From: Bdellovibrionales bacterium
GTDB lineage: Bacteria > Bdellovibrionota > Bdellovibrionia > Bdellovibrionales > JAGQZY01
Reading direction: 5' to 3'
Assembly (NCBI GenBank): GCA_031426555.1
Contig: JANPLN010000064.1
Coordinates: forward strand, 24,931-88,930
DNA: 64,000 bases
Below are positions 56,779-64,000 of this stretch, one piece after another. Every line of letters starts with the position of its first letter. Position 1 is the first letter of the stretch. The translations under genes were made by a program, and so were the position numbers. A model generated the notes under the pieces. That model did not search any database and was not told where the DNA came from. It worked only from the letters and a program-made list of their open reading frames with translations.

Positions 56779-57681
56779 ATGTGTGAAAGCCAAATAGATT
56801 CCATCTGTCGGCAGGATGAAATGCAGTTTGCTAAGCCGGATATGCTCTGGATTATTTTTGCTGCTTTATTTTTACGCATTCTATTTTTTGACAGAATTGA
56901 TGTCGCCCCATTGTTTCCATCGACATTTCACGATGCCTGTGGCACCTGGACTTTCATCCATAAACTTCATCCGATTTTTTCAGGACTTTTGTGTGGGTCC
57001 GAGCTGCCTGCATCGCTCAAGTCGCTCTTTATTCAGCTCGGCGTCTTCCATTGGTTTGTGGCCTCAGGCGGCCACTTGGTGTTCCTTCAGGCCTTCTTAC
57101 ATCGAATCCATGTGCGTCACTTCACGCTCTCCATGGCGCTGCTCTTAGCGTTCAGTATGACCTGTGGCCTTCAACCTCCCATCGTGCGGGCGTTCATGGG
57201 AATTTTGCTCGCGCGGCTCTCAATGCGCTGGGCCTTATTTTTAAGGCCCCAACAGATCACAATGCTGGCGGGTTTAGCGTCGCTGGTGTTCTTTCCGCAG
57301 TGGTATACGTCGTTTTCGTTTCAATTGAGTTGGCTTGTAGCGTTGGCACTTCCGTGGAGTTCCAAACACACTCTGCAGTCGCTGTGGGTTTCGGTTTTGC
57401 TGATTCCGCTCAGTTCGCAATGGTCGTTTTTGCATTTGCTTTACAATATCGTTTTAACACCGTTGTTTTCGGTGGTGCTGTTTCCACTGTCGATTTTATT
57501 TTTTGCTTTGGCACCATGGACGCTGCTGGGAAATTCCATGTGGGAGTTTGTAATTTGGTGCTGCCAATATCTTCCTAAGGATCACAATCCTCTCAGCCTG
57601 CCGTCTCCCCTGCTATGTTGGGTTTATATTCTGGGCATTCACTGCGCGCATATTGTTTATCAGAAGAGTCGGCATGCGTAG
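56779..57681 (+). CDS. comEC: ComEC/Rec2 competence channel domain (membrane part, separate ORF)
   Basis: Polytopic. GVFHWFVASGGHLVFLQAFL (cf. ComEC HLLAISGLH block) and SFSFQLSWLVALAL. Start uncertain. Confidence 0.6.
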   Translation: MCESQIDSICRQDEMQFAKPDMLWIIFAALFLRILFFDRIDVAPLFPSTFHDACGTWTFIHKLHPIFSGLLCGSELPASLKSLFIQLGVFHWFVASGGHLVFLQAFLHRIHVRHFTLSMALLLAFSMTCGLQPPIVRAFMGILLARLSMRWALFLRPQQITMLAGLASLVFFPQWYTSFSFQLSWLVALALPWSSKHTLQSLWVSVLLIPLSSQWSFLHLLYNIVLTPLFSVVLFPLSILFFALAPWTLLGNSMWEFVIWCCQYLPKDHNPLSLPSPLLCWVYILGIHCAHIVYQKSRHA

Positions 57682-58384
57682 AGCGCTGTTAATTTTATTT
57701 GCGGTGATCTTATTTCCTGCTTCATTTTCAGTCGAACAAAGAAATTTAATTGTGTTTTGGAATGTGGGACAGGGTTCGTGGACAACGTTGATCACTAGCG
57801 GAGCGTGTGTGCATGTAGACACCGGCGGTCGCTGGCGGCCGCTCATAAAAACGTGCCAGTCGCGGAAAAACTACTTGTGGTTTACTCACTACGATTGGGA
57901 CCACATCAGCCTTGCGCGAAAAATATTTATGGCGGCACCCGACACATGTTTGATGCAAGCGGTTCCTCGGCACATAAAAACGTTCAAAAGAAAATTTCTC
58001 AGCATCATTCCGCAGTGCCAACAGTCCGCCCATGGAGTCAGTCTGATTTATCAAGCGAATTTTTTAGAAAATAACGACAGCTCTGCTTTTGTTTTGGCAA
58101 AACAAATTCTCATCACCGGCGATGCCACACAAAAGATGGAAAAAAAATGGCTGCACAAAATCCCTTGGCAAAATATGCACGTTCTCCTGGCGGGTCACCA
58201 CGGCAGTCGAACGAGTCTTTCCCCTCAGTTGCTTAAAAGGTTATCTCGCTTGCGAATGGTCATCGTGAGCGCCGAAAAAAAGAAGTACGGTCATCCTCAC
58301 AAGGAGACCGTGGAAAAGCTTTTACGCGCCCGCGTGCCGATGATTAAGACGGAGGATTTTGGGAGTGTTGCCTTGGAGTTGTAG
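57653..58384 (+). CDS. ComEC C-terminal metallo-beta-lactamase-fold domain (separate ORF)
   Basis: Probable start ATG 57674 (MRRALLILFAVILFPASFS). VFWNVGQGSWTTL, THYDWDH, ITGDA, AGHHGSRTS, KKKYGHPH. ATGCGTAG 8-nt overlap with the upstream ORF. Confidence 0.65.
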   Translation: MFIRRVGMRRALLILFAVILFPASFSVEQRNLIVFWNVGQGSWTTLITSGACVHVDTGGRWRPLIKTCQSRKNYLWFTHYDWDHISLARKIFMAAPDTCLMQAVPRHIKTFKRKFLSIIPQCQQSAHGVSLIYQANFLENNDSSAFVLAKQILITGDATQKMEKKWLHKIPWQNMHVLLAGHHGSRTSLSPQLLKRLSRLRMVIVSAEKKKYGHPHKETVEKLLRARVPMIKTEDFGSVALEL

Positions 58385-58393
58385 TCCGCTTTG

Positions 58394-59359
58394 TTATTGT
58401 GCTACGCCATCCGGATTCATTTGTTTATTTATAACATCAGTAAGTGCGCTCTGAACCTTTTCGTAGCACCCTTGAGTTGCACAGCAATCTCGCGCCACAA
58501 GTGGATACTGAAAAAATGGCGCCATTTCATAAAAATTGTTTCCCTGTGCAGGGCAGCCTGCTGAAGAACTTTCAAGGATTCCATCGGCGCTGAAACGCGC
58601 GCCACTCATGCAAGTGGCCGCAGTGTACGTAAACGTACTGTCTGGATTTCTAACAATAAGACCATCAGTATCAAACCCCTCGTGGCGTCCTCCACCATAA
58701 ATCACAAAGCTTTCTTTCACTGTTGCTAACTGATTACCACTGCATGTAAAAGTCAGCGTATGCAACGATGGCAGCTGGTTGTGCTGTCTATCATACTCCT
58801 GGTATCTCTTTGCATCCTCGTGATACGCTGAAATGATATCCTCAGCCGAACTTCCTTCTTTTAAGTTGTAAGAATTAGAAGTAAAAACACTACCAAGAAA
58901 ACTCGGGAGCCAATCAGATGATTCCGCATGAGCGACATCAAACCAAAGAGACCTAGCCACATTTTTTGGGGCTCGTCGGATTGCTATTTCAAATTCTGCT
59001 TTATAATTGAGAAAAGTCTTATTCTTTTTAATTATAATTGTTTGCGAAAAAACTTTAACTTCGCTTTTTACATCCGAGAAAACGATGGGAATTTTTAAAT
59101 TTTTTGTTTTAACCAAAACAGTGTTTCTGTTTGGCATTGAAATAAGAGGTGGAGCAAAATTTTTAAACGTTTTCACTTCCTTTTGTAATTCTTTATTTTT
59201 AAAATTGGAGAGGTTTAATTTTAATAAGTCCTCAGGTTTTTTAACTTTGTGTAAATTATAAGCATAATAGCTAGCTCGCACTTGCCCCGCCGTACTTTGT
59301 AAAGCAAAAGCCACCTGCGCTGTAAGTAAGCCGCACAAAAGCAATAAACCCGTTTTCAT
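58394..59359 (-). CDS. Hypothetical secreted protein, Cys-rich C-terminal half
   Basis: Start ATG 59359 gives MKTGLLLLCGLLTAQVAFA. The K/N-rich N-terminal half is encoded by very AT-rich DNA. No family recognised. Confidence 0.4.
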   Translation of the reverse strand: MKTGLLLLCGLLTAQVAFALQSTAGQVRASYYAYNLHKVKKPEDLLKLNLSNFKNKELQKEVKTFKNFAPPLISMPNRNTVLVKTKNLKIPIVFSDVKSEVKVFSQTIIIKKNKTFLNYKAEFEIAIRRAPKNVARSLWFDVAHAESSDWLPSFLGSVFTSNSYNLKEGSSAEDIISAYHEDAKRYQEYDRQHNQLPSLHTLTFTCSGNQLATVKESFVIYGGGRHEGFDTDGLIVRNPDSTFTYTAATCMSGARFSADGILESSSAGCPAQGNNFYEMAPFFQYPLVARDCCATQGCYEKVQSALTDVINKQMNPDGVAQ

Positions 59360-59460
59360 AGAAACCCCATTTGTAAATATAAAGTAGTATCTCCTCTCAA
59401 ATGTAAAATCATACTTGTGAAAACGCGAGTCCAGAAAACTTGTGCTTCGCTTGCGAGGCC

Positions 59461-59482
59461 AAAAAAGCCCGACGTCTGTCGG
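59461..59482 (-). terminator. Candidate rho-independent terminator
   Basis: Minus strand reads CCGAC-AGAC-GTCGG GC TTTTTT. Confidence 0.4.
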
Positions 59483-59703
59483 TGTGTTCACTTTTACCTG
59501 TTCAAATTGACGCAAGCTTACTGCCGCTGCGGCAGTGACTTTTGACCTTTACCCCGTTTTTAGTACCAGGAAATTTTTATTTAGATCTTTGCTTATTCTT
59601 TTTGTAGGGGATTAATTGCGAGTTCTCGGAGCTATTTCCGAAACCTGCTAGGTCATGTTGCCAATGCATTCAGGAACACTCAACGGACAACTGACCATGG
59701 TTA

Positions 59704-60093
59704 TTAATCGAGATAAATCCTACAGTGGTAATCCTCAACTCGGTATTGGTCACGCCTATCGAAAGTAGTATCTCCCATCAGAGGTCTACTATGGTCGATT
59801 AATTTAAAACAGGTAATTTCATCGCTAACTACTGAAACTCTGTATTTAAACCAAAATATTGTGTGTGATTTCCACTCAACGTACGTAGCCAACTTACTAA
59901 CAACAAAGTCCGCGAGCATGATCCAGAACTGGGCTCCATTTTGGAAGCTCTGAGTCTCGTAAAAAGTTTCAAGTTGAAGCTCACCTTCATAAAAACTTAT
60001 TTCAGCATTATCAGTAATTACGCTATATTCAGCAAAGGACTCGACAGACAAAAGAACTAGAAACAAAATTAAAAAATTTCTCATATTTTTCAT
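59704..60093 (-). CDS. Hypothetical small secreted protein
   Basis: 129 aa. Signal peptide MKNMRNFLILFLVLLSVESFA. AT-rich. Confidence 0.35.
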   Translation of the reverse strand: MKNMRNFLILFLVLLSVESFAEYSVITDNAEISFYEGELQLETFYETQSFQNGAQFWIMLADFVVSKLATYVEWKSHTIFWFKYRVSVVSDEITCFKLIDHSRPLMGDTTFDRRDQYRVEDYHCRIYLD

Positions 60094-60342
60094 GTAACAT
60101 CTTATTTTAGCGAGGACCTGTTTTTTTAAGAAAAATGAAATTTTTATCGACTTTCCATACTAATAAGCAAGGTTTGAGGCTCACCAAGTGCTGACAAACG
60201 CTCTATAGACCTGATCAGCCTATGAAATAATCCCAACAGAGGATCTAGCGGTCATCATCTCATTTGAGAAAACAGCAAACGCCCGTTACATTGCGAGCAC
60301 TGGATTGACGCGAGTCTACTACCGCTACGGAAGTGAAATGCC

Positions 60343-60376
60343 AAAAAAAATGCCCTATCAATTTACGACAGGGCAT
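60343..60376 (-). terminator. Rho-independent terminator after ald
   Basis: Minus strand reads ATGCCCT-(13 nt loop)-AGGGCAT followed by TTTTTTTT. Confidence 0.6.
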
Positions 60377-60406
60377 TCATGATTGTTCTAAATTACAAAT
60401 ACGAAT

Positions 60407-61513
60407 TTAAAACTGAAGTGCTTTGTAAGGCATTCCAAGATCTTTGGCTACTGGCTCGTAGACCACGGTGCCGTTGTACACGTTGACACCTTTGTAGAGC
60501 GGTGGGTTTTTCGCAACTGCATCTTCGAGGCCCATTTGGGCGATCATGGATGCATACTTGAATGTCGCGTTGTTAAGAGCGTAGGTGGAAGTTCGTGCAA
60601 CCACACCTGGCATGTTGGGCACGCAGTAGTGGATTACGCCATCGACTTCGAAGGTTGGATTTACGTGGCTGGTTGGTTTGCAAGTTTCGATACAACCACC
60701 CTGATCAACCGCGACGTCCACGATCACGCTGCCTGGGCTCATTTGTGAAACCATTTTGCGCGATACAAGCATTGGAGCTTTGCGACCTGTAATCAACACA
60801 GCACCGATCACGAGATCTGACGTTGTTACGCACTCTTCAATATTTTGCATATTGGAGTACATTGTTGTTACGCGACCTTGGAAAATATCATCTAGGTACT
60901 CAAGGCGTGAGTGGTTCACATCCATAATGAAAACTTCTGCACCAAGGCCCACAGCCATTTTTGCGGAGTTGATACCAACAACCCCACCGCCGATGATTGT
61001 TACGCGGCCGCGCTTAACGCCTGTCACTCCGCCAAGCAGAATGCCTTTGCCGCCTTTGTCTTTTTGCAAGTAGTAGGCACCCACTTGAGTTGCCATGCGA
61101 CCAGCCACTTCACTCATGGGCGTTAACAACGGAAGTTGGCCATTTTCGTCCTGGATAGTTTCGTAGGCGACGGCTTTCACTTTCTTTTCGCAAAGAACTT
61201 TGGTGAGCTCGGGCTCTGCCGCTAAGTGGAGATATGTATATAGAATTTGATTGGGCTTCATCAGATTGTATTCAGGAGGAAGTGGCTCCTTTACTTTCAC
61301 AATCATTTCGGCTTTTTGATAAATTTCTTCGGCCGTTGCCAAAGTTTTTGCGCCGGCTTGAATGTAGTTTTCGTTGCTGATCATGGATCCTAAGCCAGCG
61401 TCTTTTTGCACGTAGACTTCGTGACCTTCTGCTACTAACTGTTTTACGTTGGCTTCAGTTAAACCCACGCGATTTTCACTAATTTTGATTTCTTTAGGTA
61501 CACCGATAATCAT
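60407..61513 (-). CDS. ald: Alanine dehydrogenase
   Basis: [19 protein letters not shown]... and the NAD-binding [22 protein letters not shown]. 368 aa. Confidence 0.9.
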   Translation of the reverse strand: MIIGVPKEIKISENRVGLTEANVKQLVAEGHEVYVQKDAGLGSMISNENYIQAGAKTLATAEEIYQKAEMIVKVKEPLPPEYNLMKPNQILYTYLHLAAEPELTKVLCEKKVKAVAYETIQDENGQLPLLTPMSEVAGRMATQVGAYYLQKDKGGKGILLGGVTGVKRGRVTIIGGGVVGINSAKMAVGLGAEVFIMDVNHSRLEYLDDIFQGRVTTMYSNMQNIEECVTTSDLVIGAVLITGRKAPMLVSRKMVSQMSPGSVIVDVAVDQGGCIETCKPTSHVNPTFEVDGVIHYCVPNMPGVVARTSTYALNNATFKYASMIAQMGLEDAVAKNPPLYKGVNVYNGTVVYEPVAKDLGMPYKALQF

Positions 61514-61567
61514 AGCAACCCCTTTGGTATGTTATGCCGAGGTTTTATGACACTCCCGTTAACGAAG

Positions 61568-62467
61568 TCAATGGGCAAAAGGAATTTGGAAGGGCGCCAT
61601 GGGAGGCATTTCTCCTCCCAAATCGATGAGTTTGTAACCGTCAGAATCGAGTAAATGCAATGCCAATTGATTCATCAAATCGTGCCCGGCGCGATACAAC
61701 ACAAGATGGCCCATGAGGGGGCGCCCCAAGGTCATCAAATCGCCCAAAGCATCTAAAATTTTATGGCGCACAAACTCGTCGGCAAAGCGCAACCCTTCGG
61801 GGTTTAAAATCCCTTTGTCATCGAGGACAATGGCATTCGCCAAGCTTCCCCCGCGGGCCAAGCCCCGCGCCCGGAGCGCTTCCACATCTTTCAAAAAACC
61901 AAAGGTGCGTGCCTGGGCGATGTCTTTTTCGAAGGTGGACACATTGATGTCGATGTCCATTTTTTGCCGGCCGATGGAAGGGTGGGGAAAATCCACGGTG
62001 CAAGTGATTCTCAAGCCGTTGTAGGGAATAACGTAGGCGTGTTTTTCTTCGTTGCCCACATACACCGGGCGATGAACGAAGATGTATTTTCGCAGTTCGC
62101 CCTGCTCCGAAACGCCGGCTTTTTTAAGTTCGTTATAAAAAACCATGGCGCTGCCGTCGCAAATCGGAATTTCGGGTCCGTTGAGCTCGATAAAGACGTT
62201 GTCGATACCCAGTGCCGTTAGCGAGGACAAACAGTGTTCCACAGTTGAAACCGAAAAGTTTTCGTTTCCGAGAGTGGTGGCGTAGGCCGTGGCTTTGACG
62301 TACTTTGCAAGCACTGGCACTGATGGACGTTCTGGCAAATCACTGCGCACAAAGTAAACGCCGGTATTGGGGGGCGCTGGACAGAACGAAATTTCTGCGC
62401 TGGCTCCGGTATGGAGACCAATTCCCTCGATGGTTACTTTCCGTCTCAACGTTTGCTGCAACAACAT
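61568..62467 (-). CDS. lpxC: UDP-3-O-acyl-N-acetylglucosamine deacetylase
   Basis: QQTLRRKVTIEGIGLHTG, STVEHCLS, FVRHKILDALGDL. Confidence 0.9.
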   Translation of the reverse strand: MLLQQTLRRKVTIEGIGLHTGASAEISFCPAPPNTGVYFVRSDLPERPSVPVLAKYVKATAYATTLGNENFSVSTVEHCLSSLTALGIDNVFIELNGPEIPICDGSAMVFYNELKKAGVSEQGELRKYIFVHRPVYVGNEEKHAYVIPYNGLRITCTVDFPHPSIGRQKMDIDINVSTFEKDIAQARTFGFLKDVEALRARGLARGGSLANAIVLDDKGILNPEGLRFADEFVRHKILDALGDLMTLGRPLMGHLVLYRAGHDLMNQLALHLLDSDGYKLIDLGGEMPPMAPFQIPFAH

Positions 62468-62491
62468 AAATCAACCTTTTAACTAATCAGT

Positions 62492-63496
62492 TTAAAAACT
62501 TAAACCTTCAAAATGCTTTTTGGCCAAATCTGTGGCCACCCGACCGCGGGGCGTTTTTTGCAAAAGTCCTTCTTGAATCAAAAACGGCTCATACACTTCT
62601 TCCAGTGTGCCTTTGTCTTCCGACAGAGCCGCAGAAAGCGTTTCCAACCCCACAGGGCCGCAGGCAAATTTTTCGATAATCACTGAAAGAATCTTTCGAT
62701 CCATTTCATCCAAACCTAAATTATCAACTTCCATTTTATTCAGCGCATGGGCCGCCAATTCCATACTGATCACACCGTTATTTTGAATTTCGGCAAAGTC
62801 GCGCACTCGGCGCAATAAACGATTGGCAATTCGCGGTGTACCTCGGCTTCGTCGAGCCAGTTCCATGGCGCCATCGTCTTCGATGGTTACATTCACCAGG
62901 GCCGCAGAGCGACGAATGATTTGTACTAATTGCGTTTTGTCGTAAAAGTTGAGGCGCTCCACAATTCCAAAGCGATCGCGAAAGGGGGCATTTAAAAGCC
63001 CCGCGCGGGTTGTGGCTCCAATCAAAGTGAAAGGTGCCAATTTGAATTTCATGGTGCGAGCGCCAAGCCCATCGCCCGTGATAATATCCACGTAAAAATC
63101 TTCCATGGCACTGTACAAATACTCTTCAACCACACGTTGCAATCGATGAATCTCGTCGATAAATAAAACCGAATTGGGAGTCAGGCTGGTCAATATGGCA
63201 GCGAGGTCCCCTTTTTTATCTAGCGCCGGGCCGCTGGTGGTTTTGAGATTGGCTCCCATTTCGTTGGCAATCAAATGGGCCAACGTGGTTTTGCCTAAAC
63301 CTGGAGGACCGCTAAACAGCACATGATCCATGGGCTCTTGCCGGCGCTTCGCCGCCTCGATGTATATTTGTAGCTTTTCAACAATACTTTTTTGTCCTGG
63401 AAATTCGTTGAAGCGGCTGGGCCGCAGGGTGTTTTCCCACAGGCGCTCACCGTCTTCGCGGGTTTCCCCCGAAAGATCTCTTTCGTTCTCGATCAT
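62492..63496 (-). CDS. ruvB: Holliday junction branch migration helicase RuvB
   Basis: [12 protein letters not shown], Walker [28 protein letters not shown]. Confidence 0.95.
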   Translation of the reverse strand: MIENERDLSGETREDGERLWENTLRPSRFNEFPGQKSIVEKLQIYIEAAKRRQEPMDHVLFSGPPGLGKTTLAHLIANEMGANLKTTSGPALDKKGDLAAILTSLTPNSVLFIDEIHRLQRVVEEYLYSAMEDFYVDIITGDGLGARTMKFKLAPFTLIGATTRAGLLNAPFRDRFGIVERLNFYDKTQLVQIIRRSAALVNVTIEDDGAMELARRSRGTPRIANRLLRRVRDFAEIQNNGVISMELAAHALNKMEVDNLGLDEMDRKILSVIIEKFACGPVGLETLSAALSEDKGTLEEVYEPFLIQEGLLQKTPRGRVATDLAKKHFEGLSF

Positions 63497-64000
63497 CGTC
63501 CACCTCCTAAAGAGCCTAGCGCCGAACGCAATTGCTCCTCAAAAGGTTTTTTCCGATCCACTTTTTTAACGATCTCTTGCACATCCAAAGGTTTAAATCC
63601 CAGATTTGTAAGGGCGGAATAAAGATCATCTTGGCTTTCGGCTTTTCCAGGCTCGAGGACGAGTTTGCCTTTGAGGGTAAGAATCATTTGCTCGGCAATT
63701 TTTTTGCCAACCTTGGGAAGCAGAGTGAGAGCCTTCACATCTTGCTGTTCGATGGCGTCGATAATGTGGTCGAGCGTTGCTCCCGAAAGAATTTGGATGG
63801 CCATTTTCGGGCCTATGCCATTTACTTTCAGCAGGCTTTCAAATAATTTTTTTTCCACCTGCGAAGTAAAACCAAACAGCTGAATGAGATCTTCGCGAAC
63901 ATGAGTGTAAATCCACAGCGCAGTTGATTTGCCCTCGGGCAACTCGGAGATGGTGTTTGTTGAACACGCCACCTCGTACCCCACACCTTGCACATCTAAA
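63493..64000 (-). CDS. ruvA: Holliday junction DNA helicase RuvA (N-terminus beyond right edge)
   Basis: ..DVQGVGYEV..., LFGF, and Hh[17 protein letters not shown]. The reading frame stays open to position 64000. 4-nt overlap with ruvB. Confidence 0.85.
   Translation of the reverse strand, partial: LDVQGVGYEVACSTNTISELPEGKSTALWIYTHVREDLIQLFGFTSQVEKKLFESLLKVNGIGPKMAIQILSGATLDHIIDAIEQQDVKALTLLPKVGKKIAEQMILTLKGKLVLEPGKAESQDDLYSALTNLGFKPLDVQEIVKKVDRKKPFEEQLRSALGSLGGGR

Noticed and set aside
56991-57578. 195-aa ORF in another frame within the comEC channel gene.
   Set aside because: The frame carrying ComEC-like TM motifs is the annotated one. The alternative frame gives an Ala/Gly/Val-rich product with no features.
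1-64000. Scan for CRISPR arrays, rRNA genes, IS/transposase or phage integrase genes, toxin-antitoxin pairs and known defence-system genes.
   Set aside because: No regularly spaced direct repeats and no recognisable motifs of these kinds were seen in any ORF. Absence is based on reading by eye only, and small or divergent systems could be missed.

Overview
This is a 64 kb chromosomal segment, mostly minus-strand genes. The gene content and architectures (many secreted proteases, PilZ and DUF4388 domains, peptide transporters) suggest a Bdellovibrio-like predatory bacterium, but that is inference only. Most of the window is conserved housekeeping: rimP-nusA-infB-rbfA-truB-rpsO-pnp, mutL-miaA, M16 peptidase-dut-fur, mreC-mreD-mrdA-rodA, trxA, lptF/G, dprA, comEC, ald, lpxC and ruvB-ruvA, plus one tRNA-Leu(CAA). 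Accessory content includes a tightly coupled TonB-dependent receptor/ExbBD/DUF3450 operon with an embedded ankyrin lipoprotein. It also includes a protease plus peptide-uptake gene string (S8-PilZ, YceI-like, OPT, FMN reductase, lipoprotein, Asp-less S8-like) and many orphan secreted proteins. I saw no IS elements, integrases, CRISPR arrays, rRNA genes or recognisable defence genes. The most interesting signal is non-coding. The 517 bp gap at 43672-44188 holds two divergently oriented long-hairpin elements of about 150-160 nt. They share a 53-nt GC-rich core (49/53 identical, with one compensatory base-pair change) but have diverged, still self-complementary stems. Seven of the eight stem mismatches become G:U pairs only in the sense in which both cores read alike, which points to a structured RNA (or ssDNA) family I cannot assign. 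A second composite hairpin fills the rodA/trxA gap exactly. All coordinates, translations and pairings were done by eye, and no database search was possible.
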